A stretch of DNA of 64,000 nt from Bdellovibrionales bacterium (GCA_041690295.1 JAWLHR010000012.1:1-64000); one strand, 5' to 3'. Numbered from the stretch's first letter, positions 1 through 9,931 are shown. Numbers and translations: made by a program. Notes: generated by a model from the letters alone, not told the origin.

Positions 1-69
1 TTATCCCCTGGAGACAGGGTTGCTATAGAATTCAGCAGCTCCGAATGGAAGCGAAAACTTACATTCTAG
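1..69 (+). CDS. 3' end of a CDS entering from the left edge (unknown product)
   Basis: Frame 1 is open from base 1 (LSPGDRVAIEFSSSEWKRKLTF*) to TAG at 67-69, followed by a hairpin ATGGTG...CACCAT (70-90). Confidence 0.4.
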   Translation, partial: LSPGDRVAIEFSSSEWKRKLTF

Positions 70-127
70 ATGGTGGGGCCCCTGCACCATGGGCATTAGA
101 AATGTGAAAAAGGGCAAACCAGCGTTG

Positions 128-523
128 CTAACCTTCCAACAACGCCTTTAATGTTCGAAGGTCTTTTTCAACCATCGCGGCATCCCGAATGAAATCTCGT
201 TCCGACATGGAGGGGAGACGATAAAGGGTGAATACAACCTCCGAGCCGTCGCCGTTTTTTATGATCCGTAATGGATTGTGAACGCGTTGACCTGAAGGTA
301 GAGTAACATCGTGATCCAAGACACCAAAGGAGTTGGCAGGGGTGAATTCAACGGTGACTTCTCCCATTGGAGAACTCGCGATCCAAACTTTACCGGATTT
401 TCGAGTTCCGGTACTGAGTCCCGCGGCCCATTGAGGCAGGTTCTCTGGGTCCGACGCGAAGGCATAAACGTCTTCAACAGGGCGATTAATCGCAATGCTG
501 ATGTGCTTCGATGAAAAAGTCAT
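128..523 (-). CDS. SRPBCC/START (polyketide cyclase-like) family protein
   Basis: 131 aa. 'I.RPVEDVYAFASDPENLPQWA.G' N-terminus and C-terminal helix 'DLRTLKALLE' are typical of SRPBCC proteins. GGAG precedes the start. Confidence 0.85.
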   Translation of the reverse strand: MTFSSKHISIAINRPVEDVYAFASDPENLPQWAAGLSTGTRKSGKVWIASSPMGEVTVEFTPANSFGVLDHDVTLPSGQRVHNPLRIIKNGDGSEVVFTLYRLPSMSERDFIRDAAMVEKDLRTLKALLEG

Positions 524-570
524 GGCTCCTCCGAATTATTTTGGTTTCCCAACGCCTCGTATTCAGCCCT

Positions 571-1167
571 TCACGGACAGGACGGAATGAGTGATAAGCC
601 GGGTTCCACCAATCCCGTTTCAACATCTATTGAAACGGCGGCTCGTTTATTACAGGTCACCGGCCCTTCGAAAATCCAAAAAATCCGACCCACACCTTTG
701 GGGTGGAGTGGCGTCGCCAATTTTGCCCACCACGGATAAAATCCGTTGCCGATGGTCTCGCTCGCCGATTTTTTAGCTTCATCAAAAGAGACCTTCACAC
801 GGGACACACCGCCATCGAGATAAACGTATCCCGCAATCGGATAGTTATTTTTGTCAAAATAAAGATCATCATCGCCGACATATGAGCAGGATCCATTTTC
901 CTGACTGATGTGCCGGAATGATCGTCGAACACTCTGGCCGGTCGAGTCGTCCTGATAAATGAATTGCCAACCAATTTGCGAACAATTTGGATCCCAGGCG
1001 GTTTGGGCGAAAGTTGAAATGAGCAACAAACGTGCATTGGGAAGAGCCGTCTTAACAAGGCCGTCCGTCTGTGTGAAATATGGAACGGGACTCTCGATCA
1101 CAAACGAAGGATCGTTTGGCCCTGCCCAACTCACCGGAAACAACAACAAGATCAAAAATGCTTTCAC
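571..1167 (-). CDS. hypothetical secreted protein
   Basis: Start refined to GTG 1167 (AGGGGGA upstream), giving signal peptide MKAFLILLLFPVSWA. No family recognised. Confidence 0.6.
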   Translation of the reverse strand: MKAFLILLLFPVSWAGPNDPSFVIESPVPYFTQTDGLVKTALPNARLLLISTFAQTAWDPNCSQIGWQFIYQDDSTGQSVRRSFRHISQENGSCSYVGDDDLYFDKNNYPIAGYVYLDGGVSRVKVSFDEAKKSASETIGNGFYPWWAKLATPLHPKGVGRIFWIFEGPVTCNKRAAVSIDVETGLVEPGLSLIPSCP

Positions 1168-1292
1168 GCTACCATCCCCCTGAATCAAGACTATCACTGC
1201 GCATCCGCAAGGCAAGGGACATGCCTGACTTGCCCTTCTCCCACATTTCAAAATATTATTTAGGTCAGAGACACTGCTTTGAAAGGCATCCT

Positions 1293-2768
1293 ATGAATCA
1301 GATTGCATTTTTCCTGGTTATTATCCCGTTTCTCATCGCCGGTTGCGCTCATCGGTTGCCCGCGGGCGCCCGATCGACTCCTCGAGGTATTGAGCTGAAC
1401 GATATTCACTCCCAGCTGAATGCGACTTATCACGCTTCATTGATACAACCCACCACCATTGAGGAAATTCAATCCGCGATTCGGGAAGCCAAGGCTCAGG
1501 GGCGCGCCATCAGCATCAGCGGCGGCCGTCATTCCATGGGCGGTCAGCAATTCGGCACCGACACCGTGCACTTGAACATGTCCCGCTTCAACAAGGTCAT
1601 CGCACTGGATTCGGAAAAAGGAATCGTCGAGGTTGAATCCGGGATTCAATGGCCGGAACTGGTTGAGTGGCTGATCGCCAACCAGAAAAATTCGCCCAAA
1701 AAATGGGGCATCCGACAAAAGCAAACCGGAGCGGATCGCCTTAGTATCGGCGGAGCGCTCTCAACCAATATTCACGGGCGCGGTTTGAAAATGCGGCCCA
1801 TGATCGACGATGTGGAATCCTTCACCCTGATTGACGCCGAAGGGAACATTAAGAACTGCAGCCGAACGGAGAATCCGGAACTCTTTCGCCTGGCCATTGG
1901 CGGTTACGGTCTCTTCGGAGTGATCGGCACCGTTCGGCTCCGGCTTTCACCCGTTCAGGTTCTTGAGCGGGTGGTTCAGGTGATCGAGGTGAACGATTTC
2001 ATCCCTCTCGTTACCAAACGGATTGGTGAGGGTTTTGTCTACGGGGATTTTCAATTCGGCATCGATCCTCAATCCAATGATTTCATGAGGCGCGGAATCT
2101 TTTCATCTTACAAGCCAGTACAAAAATCGTTGGATGACAACCAGCAACTCAAAGAAATGACCACCGACGATTGGCACCGCATGCTGGAATTGGCCCATAA
2201 AGATAAATCACGCGCCTTCGACGATTACGTCGGTTTTTATCTGACCACCAACGGCCAACTTTATCGCTCGGACACCCACCAAATGAGCGTTTACTTGGAC
2301 AATTATCATGATCGACTGAATCGCGATGGCGTCAAAGCTTCGGAAATGATCAGTGAAATCTACGTTCCGCGAAATAAGCTCGCGAAACTATTCGATCAAC
2401 TTCGCGAGGATTTTCGCCAAAACGGCACCAATGTGGTTTACGGCACGGTTCGTTTGATCAAACGGGATAGAGAAAGCTTTTTGGCCTGGGCGAAAAGAAA
2501 TTATGCCTCGATCGTGTTCAACTTTCATGTGGAACATACGCCGGAAGGAATTGAAAAAGCCAAACTCCAGTTTCAACACATCATCGATCGCGCCCTTGAA
2601 CACGGCGGAAGTTATTTCCTGACATATCACCGATGGGCGAGAAAGGATCAGGTCCTTAAAGCGTATCCACAACTACCGCATTTCCTGCGGCTCAAAAGAA
2701 AGTACGATCCCGAAGAACGCTTCCAAAGCGATTGGTATCGTCATTACAAAGAAATGTTCAGTAACTGA
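1293..2768 (+). CDS. FAD-binding oxidoreductase (VAO/ALO/DprE1-like), probable lipoprotein
   Basis: SISGGRHSMGGQ FAD motif, 'SIGGALSTNIHGR', 'IGGYGLFGVI', C-terminal 'KRKYDPEERF'. Start refined to ATG 1293, lipobox FLIAGC. Confidence 0.85.
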   Translation: MNQIAFFLVIIPFLIAGCAHRLPAGARSTPRGIELNDIHSQLNATYHASLIQPTTIEEIQSAIREAKAQGRAISISGGRHSMGGQQFGTDTVHLNMSRFNKVIALDSEKGIVEVESGIQWPELVEWLIANQKNSPKKWGIRQKQTGADRLSIGGALSTNIHGRGLKMRPMIDDVESFTLIDAEGNIKNCSRTENPELFRLAIGGYGLFGVIGTVRLRLSPVQVLERVVQVIEVNDFIPLVTKRIGEGFVYGDFQFGIDPQSNDFMRRGIFSSYKPVQKSLDDNQQLKEMTTDDWHRMLELAHKDKSRAFDDYVGFYLTTNGQLYRSDTHQMSVYLDNYHDRLNRDGVKASEMISEIYVPRNKLAKLFDQLREDFRQNGTNVVYGTVRLIKRDRESFLAWAKRNYASIVFNFHVEHTPEGIEKAKLQFQHIIDRALEHGGSYFLTYHRWARKDQVLKAYPQLPHFLRLKRKYDPEERFQSDWYRHYKEMFSN

Positions 2769-2797
2769 ATACCACGTTTGAGGTAAATTAACGCTTT

Positions 2798-4576
2798 ATG
2801 CCGTCCCTAAATCTTTTGCAGCTCACGAATGGATTTAAAGCCTTCGGCGGGCAGAAAATATTTGAAAATGCCACCCTTGCCGTCAACGAAGGCGAACACA
2901 TCGGGGTGATCGGTCCCAATGGGGCCGGAAAAACCACATTATTCAAGATCCTGATCGGCGAAGAGGAGCTTGATGATGGCGTCATCGTGCGCTCCCAGTC
3001 TCTTTCAATCGGGTATTTGTCCCAACATGATCACTGGGACGAGCACGAGGCCGGAAACAGTTTCTTGGAACGCACGGCCCGCTTGCCTCTCTGGCAGGTC
3101 AAATCCATGGGCCGCCACTTGCAGGTTTCCGAGGAAATTTTCGCCAAGCCGATCTCCTCTTTGAGCGGCGGTTACCGCATGCGCATCAAACTGATGGGAC
3201 TCCTCGGTCAAGATCCCAATTTGATGTTGCTGGACGAGCCGACCAACTATTTGGATCTGGAAACAACCCTGGTCCTTGAGCGGTTTTTGCAAAACTATAA
3301 CGGCGCCATCATGCTGATTTCCCATGACCGGGAATTTTTGCGCCGGACCACGGATCATATTGTCGAGGTGGAAGCGGGCGAAATCACCAAGTACAACGGC
3401 AACATTGACGATTATTTTGAACAAAAAGAACTTCTTCGCGCCCAACTTGAAGCCCAGGCGGCCAATCAGGAGCAAAAACGAAAAGCCATTTTGGAATTCG
3501 TCAGTCGCTTCGGCGCCAAGGCCACCAGGGCCAGACAAGCTCAATCGCGATTGAAAATGCTCGAAAAAATGGAGCGAATCGAATTCAAACCGGTTCCGGT
3601 GGCCGCCAAAATTAAAATTCCCGAACCGCCCCATGTAGGCCGTTCTATCTTGCGCCTTGAAAACGCCAGTTTCGGTTATGGTCCGCGCGAAGTTCTCACC
3701 CATGTGAATCTCGAAATCCTGCGCGGCGATCATGTGGCCGTGGTGGGATTGAACGGCACCGGTAAATCGACGTTGTTAAAAGGTTTAGCCGGAACACTTC
3801 CACCGATGAAAGGTCAACGCGAACTTGGCTATAAGGCGCAAGTGGCGATTTTCAATCAACATGTGGTGGAAGTTCTTAATCCAGAACACACGGTCTTTGA
3901 GTCGCTTCAGGAAGCGGCGAGCCTCGGCATCACACCCCAGGAAATCCGCGACATGGCGGGCTCTCTTCTTTTTTCGGCGGATGAAATCAACAAAAAAATT
4001 CGCGTCCTCTCCGGTGGGGAAAAATCCCGCGTTGCTTTGGGAAGAATTCTACTTCAGAAAGTGCCCTGTCTGCTTCTCGATGAGCCGACCAACCATCTGG
4101 ATTTCCAAACCGTGGAGGCTTTAACTCAAGCCCTCAACCGTTACACCGGCACTCTGGTTGTGGTGAGCCACGATCGCGGCTTCATTCGGCGGGTGGCGAC
4201 CAAGATCCTCGAAGTTTCCAATGGTCGCGTTCATCTCTACCCCGGCACCTATGATGAATACGTGTGGCATTTGCAGAATGCGCTGGCTGAAGCCACCACC
4301 GAGCCCAGTGTGACGAGCAAAAAAACAATCGAACAAGCCACACCTGGAGTTAGAAAAAAGGAACGGGATAAGCAAATTCGCGCCATCGACCGCAAGATCG
4401 CCGCCTGCGAAGAAGCCATGGCGAAGCTGAACCAATCCCTAAGCGAAGCTAACCAAAAAATCAGCGCCGGAGAAAACCATCCGGATCTTATCCGACAGAT
4501 GGCTGAGGAGTCACAAAAACTACAAGATCTCGAAAAGCAATGGCTGAAGCTTGTGGCTGAAAAAGAGGCTCTTTGA
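2798..4576 (+). CDS. ABC-F family ATP-binding protein
   Basis: Two ABC domains (GPNGAGKTT / LSGG / LLDEPTNYLD; GLNGTGKST / LSGGEK / LLDEPTNHLD), no TM segments, C-terminal coiled coil. Confidence 0.93.
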   Translation: MPSLNLLQLTNGFKAFGGQKIFENATLAVNEGEHIGVIGPNGAGKTTLFKILIGEEELDDGVIVRSQSLSIGYLSQHDHWDEHEAGNSFLERTARLPLWQVKSMGRHLQVSEEIFAKPISSLSGGYRMRIKLMGLLGQDPNLMLLDEPTNYLDLETTLVLERFLQNYNGAIMLISHDREFLRRTTDHIVEVEAGEITKYNGNIDDYFEQKELLRAQLEAQAANQEQKRKAILEFVSRFGAKATRARQAQSRLKMLEKMERIEFKPVPVAAKIKIPEPPHVGRSILRLENASFGYGPREVLTHVNLEILRGDHVAVVGLNGTGKSTLLKGLAGTLPPMKGQRELGYKAQVAIFNQHVVEVLNPEHTVFESLQEAASLGITPQEIRDMAGSLLFSADEINKKIRVLSGGEKSRVALGRILLQKVPCLLLDEPTNHLDFQTVEALTQALNRYTGTLVVVSHDRGFIRRVATKILEVSNGRVHLYPGTYDEYVWHLQNALAEATTEPSVTSKKTIEQATPGVRKKERDKQIRAIDRKIAACEEAMAKLNQSLSEANQKISAGENHPDLIRQMAEESQKLQDLEKQWLKLVAEKEAL

Positions 4577-4729
4577 TCAGTTCCTTTCAAACGTGATTCT
4601 AGCCCCGTGGCGCCGACTGGCGGGGTTGCCGAAATTTGTCTGACGTTCGGAATTTTTTCAGCGAAGGGGCGGCAATTTGAAATCTAGCGGCCAAGCGTTC
4701 TGGCCCTGTCATTGCTCTCTCCTCGCGGC

Positions 4730-5110
4730 GTGAAAACGCTCGCCATAATGTTACTTACAATCTTCATGATTCCGGCCGCCCTCGCCGATCATTCTCAAAT
4801 TGTCCTTGAGCGCGCCACCGGGAACGTCTGGATCATTCCGGCGCCTTACATGGAGCCCATACTTGTACGCGACAATACGGTCCTGATGAGCGGCGATTAT
4901 GTCATCACCAGCGAGAATTCGAGGGCCATTTTACGATACGCGAATCAACGATTGATCATGGAGCCAAATTCCCAATTGCAAATCGTTACTGATTTTTTTA
5001 CGGCTCCCAATTGGTACGAACGATTCTTTCAACTGATTCAAGGTACGGTTCGAGTTCAGCCCAAAGCGAATAAACTAAAGATTCCCGCGAATCTCGGCAC
5101 TCGCGGATGA
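4730..5110 (+). CDS. secreted FecR-like domain protein (short, possibly truncated)
   Basis: Signal peptide, then 'L..GD.V.T..NS.A.L...L...PNS.L.I...L..G.VR', ending in 'LGTRG'. This matches the FecR beta-domain pattern. Confidence 0.55.
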   Translation: MKTLAIMLLTIFMIPAALADHSQIVLERATGNVWIIPAPYMEPILVRDNTVLMSGDYVITSENSRAILRYANQRLIMEPNSQLQIVTDFFTAPNWYERFFQLIQGTVRVQPKANKLKIPANLGTRG

Positions 5111-5114
5111 GCGT

Positions 5115-5909
5115 TCAGTGTGTTAGCTGATCGCTAAAAGGTTGCATCGTGCCCTCAGGCTGCAGGTCATAGAGACTGAGATCAAAATAGCGAATCTGCC
5201 CTCGCTCCATGTACGGAAAACATCCCGCCTCGCTCGCGCTGATGTGAAAGCCGGTGTTCCACAATCGATGCCCATCGAGGTCACGCAACGTGTTCGCCCG
5301 GTGTTCAACCGCCGGCAAAACGTAAACATCGCCATCTTGCCTATTTTCCCCGATCAAATTGCGGGTGTAAAACCGCCACTGCACATGGGGTTCGGCGGTG
5401 AATTTCAACTGCTCAGCCGTGTGATAGAGGATTTTAATTTCGGGATCCTCAAAGAGCAGGCGGTAAAACCGGGTCATCTCATTGATCGGAATTGATTTGT
5501 AAGTGCTCTCGTATTTGCTCTCGGGAATAAAGATATGGGAGTGGCCCATGTCGGAGAAAAACAGCGCGTCCACATACCCTCTCGCCATACCCGTTTCAAC
5601 GTGATGGCGGATGGTGGCGATGAAATTTTCCGAAATCGGAATATCCCCGCCAAACCCCTCGGCGAAAGGCAGCTTGTAAGTTCCGGTGGCTTCATCAAAA
5701 TAGGCCCGCTTGGGAAGTCTCTTCTTTGAGGAGTAAATCGAGCGATAAAGCGACATCATTTCCACGAAAGGAATTTCCCAACGCAGATCCGTACTATAAA
5801 GTTTCGCATCGGAAGCTGTTTCCGGCTTACAGCGTTGGTTTTCCTCAGTCGCGTTCGCCACTGAGTAAAAGCAAAAGAGTCCAATAACGAAAATGGTCTT
5901 AGCGATCAC
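5115..5909 (-). CDS. hypothetical secreted protein
   Basis: Start refined to GTG 5909 (GAGGGGG upstream) with a signal peptide. Motifs 'SDMGHSH' and 'LYHTAEQL'. Confidence 0.7.
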   Translation of the reverse strand: MIAKTIFVIGLFCFYSVANATEENQRCKPETASDAKLYSTDLRWEIPFVEMMSLYRSIYSSKKRLPKRAYFDEATGTYKLPFAEGFGGDIPISENFIATIRHHVETGMARGYVDALFFSDMGHSHIFIPESKYESTYKSIPINEMTRFYRLLFEDPEIKILYHTAEQLKFTAEPHVQWRFYTRNLIGENRQDGDVYVLPAVEHRANTLRDLDGHRLWNTGFHISASEAGCFPYMERGQIRYFDLSLYDLQPEGTMQPFSDQLTH

Positions 5910-6113
5910 AGGTCCCCCTCCTGGCCCAATGAGCTTACCGCTCGCGCCGATCCGGGCCACCCTCTGCCTGTGGATGGAAAAAGATTCCATCGATCTGATG
6001 AAGAGATAAGCGGGGCCTTGCTTTTTTTTCACGATCAGCATCTCTTGTATGCGCATTTTCTTTTTACTTGTGACCTAGGCCAGACTATTTGCCGGGCTTT
6101 ATCTCCACTCTCC

Positions 6114-6142
6114 TTGATGCTCTAAGCCATCCTCTTTACGCT
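6114..6142 (+). promoter_or_regulatory. sigma70-like promoter directly upstream of ATG 6150
   Basis: TTGATG (6114-6119), 17 bp, TACGCT (6137-6142), 7 bp, ATG. No SD sequence. Confidence 0.5.
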
Positions 6143-6149
6143 TAAACTA

Positions 6150-8804
6150 ATGCTTCCCAACCAATTTCTTTGGGCGCTTTCCGGCGCACTTGGACTGTTT
6201 CTATTGCGCCTTCTTATCCTCGGGGTTGGAGGCGACTACCTTTCCGCACCTTACGCGCTTGGTGGGGTGATCGCCCTTTTTGGATACACCCTCTGGTTTT
6301 CAGTCGTTTCATTTCTGACGTTCGCCAAATGGAAGACCTTACGAATTGCAGGCTGGATGTTGACCGGTCTCGTCGCGTTCGTTCACCTCATTGCATTCCA
6401 TTATGAGTCCGTCTTCGGCCGATATCCCTCGGCCGCGCTCCTTTACTACATTGGCGAACTGAAACATCTACGAAGTTCGATTTTTGAACACGCGTCACCC
6501 CTTTGGGTGACCGTGGAACTCGTCGCGATCATTTCTGTACTGGCCATCGCGCGGGCGCGCGTTTCTTTCAAGGGGATCAGCCGGCGTTCCGCGCTCCTCG
6601 CCACGCTCTCAATCGTGCTCCTCACCACTCTGGTTCACTGGAAACCGCAGATCCTTCCGCCGTCGTTCTTTTGGGGAAGCCAAAACCCCGTGTTCTGGAC
6701 GATTCGCGATCGGATCGAGCAAGCTTCCTATGCATTCAATGAGGTCACATTCAATCGTAAGGACGTGGCCAAAGTGCAGCTCGCTTTGGGTGCTTTCGAT
6801 CCATCGGCCGGCGAAGTGGCTAAATACCCTCTGTGCTCGAATCGCGCCCTATCAGCGTCCAAAGGCAATGGCCGAAGCGTAATTTTGGTTATTCTTGAAG
6901 GTATCGAGCGTGAACTGTTGGACATGGACGTCGATGGCCAACCGGTCATGCCGAATCTTCGCCGCATTGAACGCGAGAATTTATCATTCACCAATTTCTT
7001 CGCCGCGGGAAACAAGAGCTGCCAAGCTTTCCCCGCGCTGTTCGCCGGTCTTCCCGCCCAAACCCACGAAAACGTCTTCTGGGTCCCACCTCTGGTCCGA
7101 CTGCGTGGATGGCCCGGCATTTTAAAACAGGCGGGATATCGCACAGGCTTCTTTCACGGCGGGGATCTTTCTTTTGAACAACAACGCGAATTTCTTAAGA
7201 ATGTGGGATTTTCCGAGTTGCACGAATTGGATCCCTTTAATGAAGACCGAGTTTGGGGCTGGGGTTTCGATGATGGATACATGTTGGAAAAGCTGGCGCG
7301 GTGGGTGGACACGCATCGCGAGAACTCAAAGCAAACGCCCTATCTGGCAACCATTGCCACCTTAAGTTCCCATGATCCGTTCGTCATTCCTGTCGAGTGG
7401 CCGAGACGATTTTCCAATCTCAAGTTGAACTCCGGGAACATGACGATCTGGAATGACTTCATTGAAAAAACCGATCGCCGCCGAGTCGCCGCGGAGGCTT
7501 ACGCGTTCACCGATCATCACATGGGACTTTTTTACGATTGGTATTTGAATAACGAACGGCCGCGCGGAACGATTTTGGTGATCACCTCCGACCATGGCTC
7601 CAGCACCGGTGCGGTCGAAATCGATCCTAAACATAAATACATGAAATACCGAATGCCTTTTATAATCGCCGGATTGGACAACACGGATCCGCTTGACCGG
7701 TTTAAAACCAGGCTCGCGTCCGCGATGGACGTTCCCGCCACTCTTTCCGGCCTCTTGGACGTCGACACTCATCCTTGTAGTCAGGGATTGAATTTACTGA
7801 GTGATCAATGGCCATCGAACAGAACCGTTTATGCGGTTGGCGGCGAACACCTCGAGCATGTTTATTTTTGGAGGGGACCGCACCAGTTTCATTTCGATGT
7901 CAAGTTGGCCTCGCTGTCCCGTATTGAACGTGAACCCGCGGAGGTTGAGGCCAATCAAGATCGCGCCGTTGTTTTACGGGAGACGGCCGACCTGATTACC
8001 GCCCTTTATCCATTGAACGCCTATTTACTCCGCAAGAACGCCTACTTCCCCGCTGATGAGGCGGACGCCATACCTCAGCGTAGACCCGCGGATTTCTCCG
8101 CCCCCATGGTGATCGCCTCCCATCGGGGAAATGTGACCGGCCCTGATCCAAAGTACGAAAACACTTGGGCGGCGCTCGAAAAGGTCGTGAATTCAAGATT
8201 TGAATGGGTGGAAATCGATCTTCAAATCACACGCGACGATGTGATCGTGCTCCACCATGACGACCACCTGGAAATCAACGGTCAAAAACGATTCATTTTC
8301 AACATGAGTATTGAACAACTCCGTGGTTACAAAAACGTTCCCACGCTGAAAGACGTCCTTAACCGCTACGGCGACAAAATTAATTTTCTTCTTGAGGCCA
8401 AACCGCAACCTTTTATCGGACGGCGGAGCGCGATGGCCCGCCAAATCTCGCGCATGGTGAATGAACTTCCGAAGGACCGCGAAGTTATCGTGGACAGTTT
8501 CAGCTCTCACATCGTGGCCTCGGTGGAAGCTCAATGCGAGCGATGTCAGACGGCGTGGGACCTTCCCCAAATCCCGCCAACCGAGGAGATGTTCCGCTAC
8601 GCCTCCAAGCAAGGCTTTGATTGGATCTACATCGAAGAATCACATCTGACCGAGAATGTGATTCGCAAAGCCCATGAGTTCGGCCTCAAGGTCATGGTTT
8701 ATACGGTGAATAATCCTAAATCGTTGTTGAAGTGGCTTAACCCGCGACCCGATGGCGTGATCACCGACACGGAAGCTATTTTCTCGGGAAGTTTAGCGCG
8801 GTGA
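6150..8804 (+). CDS. membrane LTA-synthase/sulfatase-family protein fused to a C-terminal glycerophosphodiester phosphodiesterase (GDPD) domain
   Basis: About 5 N-terminal TM helices. Alkaline-phosphatase superfamily motifs 'ILVILEG', 'GNKS', 'SSHDPF', 'ITSDHG'. GDPD motifs 'ASHRG', 'ENT', 'EIDLQITRD..V..HD', 'LEAK', 'DGVITD'. Confidence 0.88.
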   Translation: MLPNQFLWALSGALGLFLLRLLILGVGGDYLSAPYALGGVIALFGYTLWFSVVSFLTFAKWKTLRIAGWMLTGLVAFVHLIAFHYESVFGRYPSAALLYYIGELKHLRSSIFEHASPLWVTVELVAIISVLAIARARVSFKGISRRSALLATLSIVLLTTLVHWKPQILPPSFFWGSQNPVFWTIRDRIEQASYAFNEVTFNRKDVAKVQLALGAFDPSAGEVAKYPLCSNRALSASKGNGRSVILVILEGIERELLDMDVDGQPVMPNLRRIERENLSFTNFFAAGNKSCQAFPALFAGLPAQTHENVFWVPPLVRLRGWPGILKQAGYRTGFFHGGDLSFEQQREFLKNVGFSELHELDPFNEDRVWGWGFDDGYMLEKLARWVDTHRENSKQTPYLATIATLSSHDPFVIPVEWPRRFSNLKLNSGNMTIWNDFIEKTDRRRVAAEAYAFTDHHMGLFYDWYLNNERPRGTILVITSDHGSSTGAVEIDPKHKYMKYRMPFIIAGLDNTDPLDRFKTRLASAMDVPATLSGLLDVDTHPCSQGLNLLSDQWPSNRTVYAVGGEHLEHVYFWRGPHQFHFDVKLASLSRIEREPAEVEANQDRAVVLRETADLITALYPLNAYLLRKNAYFPADEADAIPQRRPADFSAPMVIASHRGNVTGPDPKYENTWAALEKVVNSRFEWVEIDLQITRDDVIVLHHDDHLEINGQKRFIFNMSIEQLRGYKNVPTLKDVLNRYGDKINFLLEAKPQPFIGRRSAMARQISRMVNELPKDREVIVDSFSSHIVASVEAQCERCQTAWDLPQIPPTEEMFRYASKQGFDWIYIEESHLTENVIRKAHEFGLKVMVYTVNNPKSLLKWLNPRPDGVITDTEAIFSGSLAR

Positions 8805-8811
8805 ATTTTCC

Positions 8812-9879
8812 TTACCACACCCAATCAAAGAACATGATTCCATCGCTCCCCGGAACCTTTTGAAGATCGCTTCCATCCTTTCGCATGACCCAAAGATCAT
8901 GGGTGAATTCGCCGTTCTCCAAATGCAGTCCACGAGTCATCATAATCAATTCACCATCCGGAGACCACGTGGGCAACCACAACTCGTTCTTTCCGCAAGG
9001 GTCGGGTTCGGTGAGCACGGTCTCACGACCGGTGGTCAGATCCAGGCTCACGATGCCCACTTGAAAGTAATAGTCTTCGGGATTGTCACCCTGGTGATCG
9101 GTCAATCCGAACGCCCTTTCAAAAACAATTGTTCGGCCATCAGGTGAAAATGCCGGATCCTCATCCTGAAACTCATTGTGTGTGAGCCGGCGAACACGGG
9201 TGCCGTCGGCGTTCATGATATAAAGTTGCGCATCCGGATTATCCGGCTGCTCGAAGGATTTGAAGACGATTCGGCGGCCATCGGGCGAAAGCTGAGGATC
9301 GCTGATGCTTCCGCGAAATCGGGTGCGCAATTTCTTGGTCGTCCATGTCCTTAAGTCGAGAAAGATCAGACTCGTGAATTCATCATCGTCGGTCTGACGG
9401 GAATACATGATCCGATGTGGACCGGCGAAAGTGGGAATGCCCAAGTAGCCTTTTTCTTCATAAGCCACCACGCGAATGTCCGTCATGTCGGTATTCGCGA
9501 TCAGAATCGCATTCCAGTCGTCGAAAAGATCCAGCGCCGGTCGTCGGCTCCACACCATACGGCGACCATCTGGAGAAAGCGCCACTTCCGCATCATGGAC
9601 TTCATCGCGAGTCAGCCGGCGGATTCGTGGCGAGGTTGCATCCAAGTCAAGAACACCCATTTCAAAATAATCCGGTGCCGCTGGAGGGCGAAGCTTGGTG
9701 TAGCGACGGCCATCGGGAAGATAGGTGGCATAGATCTTTCCCCGTAGAGGAATGGGTTTGAATGGCCGAGACTCAAGATTTTGGCAGCCTTCAGGAACTT
9801 TTTCGGGAGGACCCGGGTATTTTAAAGTGTAACCAGCGCCGATTAAGGTGAAACATGCCAGAGCCAACGCAGATCTCAT
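8812..9879 (-). CDS. TolB-like / PD40 beta-propeller protein, secreted
   Basis: Repeated 'P.(L/F/W)SPDGR.IVF' and 'LYIMNADGT..RRLT' motifs; signal peptide. Confidence 0.85.
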   Translation of the reverse strand: MRSALALACFTLIGAGYTLKYPGPPEKVPEGCQNLESRPFKPIPLRGKIYATYLPDGRRYTKLRPPAAPDYFEMGVLDLDATSPRIRRLTRDEVHDAEVALSPDGRRMVWSRRPALDLFDDWNAILIANTDMTDIRVVAYEEKGYLGIPTFAGPHRIMYSRQTDDDEFTSLIFLDLRTWTTKKLRTRFRGSISDPQLSPDGRRIVFKSFEQPDNPDAQLYIMNADGTRVRRLTHNEFQDEDPAFSPDGRTIVFERAFGLTDHQGDNPEDYYFQVGIVSLDLTTGRETVLTEPDPCGKNELWLPTWSPDGELIMMTRGLHLENGEFTHDLWVMRKDGSDLQKVPGSDGIMFFDWVW

Positions 9880-9931
9880 CCCACCCCCACTGTCGCAACA
9901 TTACGATCTTCCCACATGCGGCGGCGGGCGG

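Noticed and set aside
4600..4635. c-di-GMP-I riboswitch (ends ...GCGGGGTTGCCGAA)
   Set aside because: The upstream GGCAAAC...GGACGCAAA elements are absent. It is better explained as a simple hairpin after the ABC-F stop.
5108..5134. Selenocysteine UGA with SECIS
   Set aside because: The hairpin loop is too close to the UGA, the expected residue is Thr rather than Cys, and the frame closes 8 codons later.
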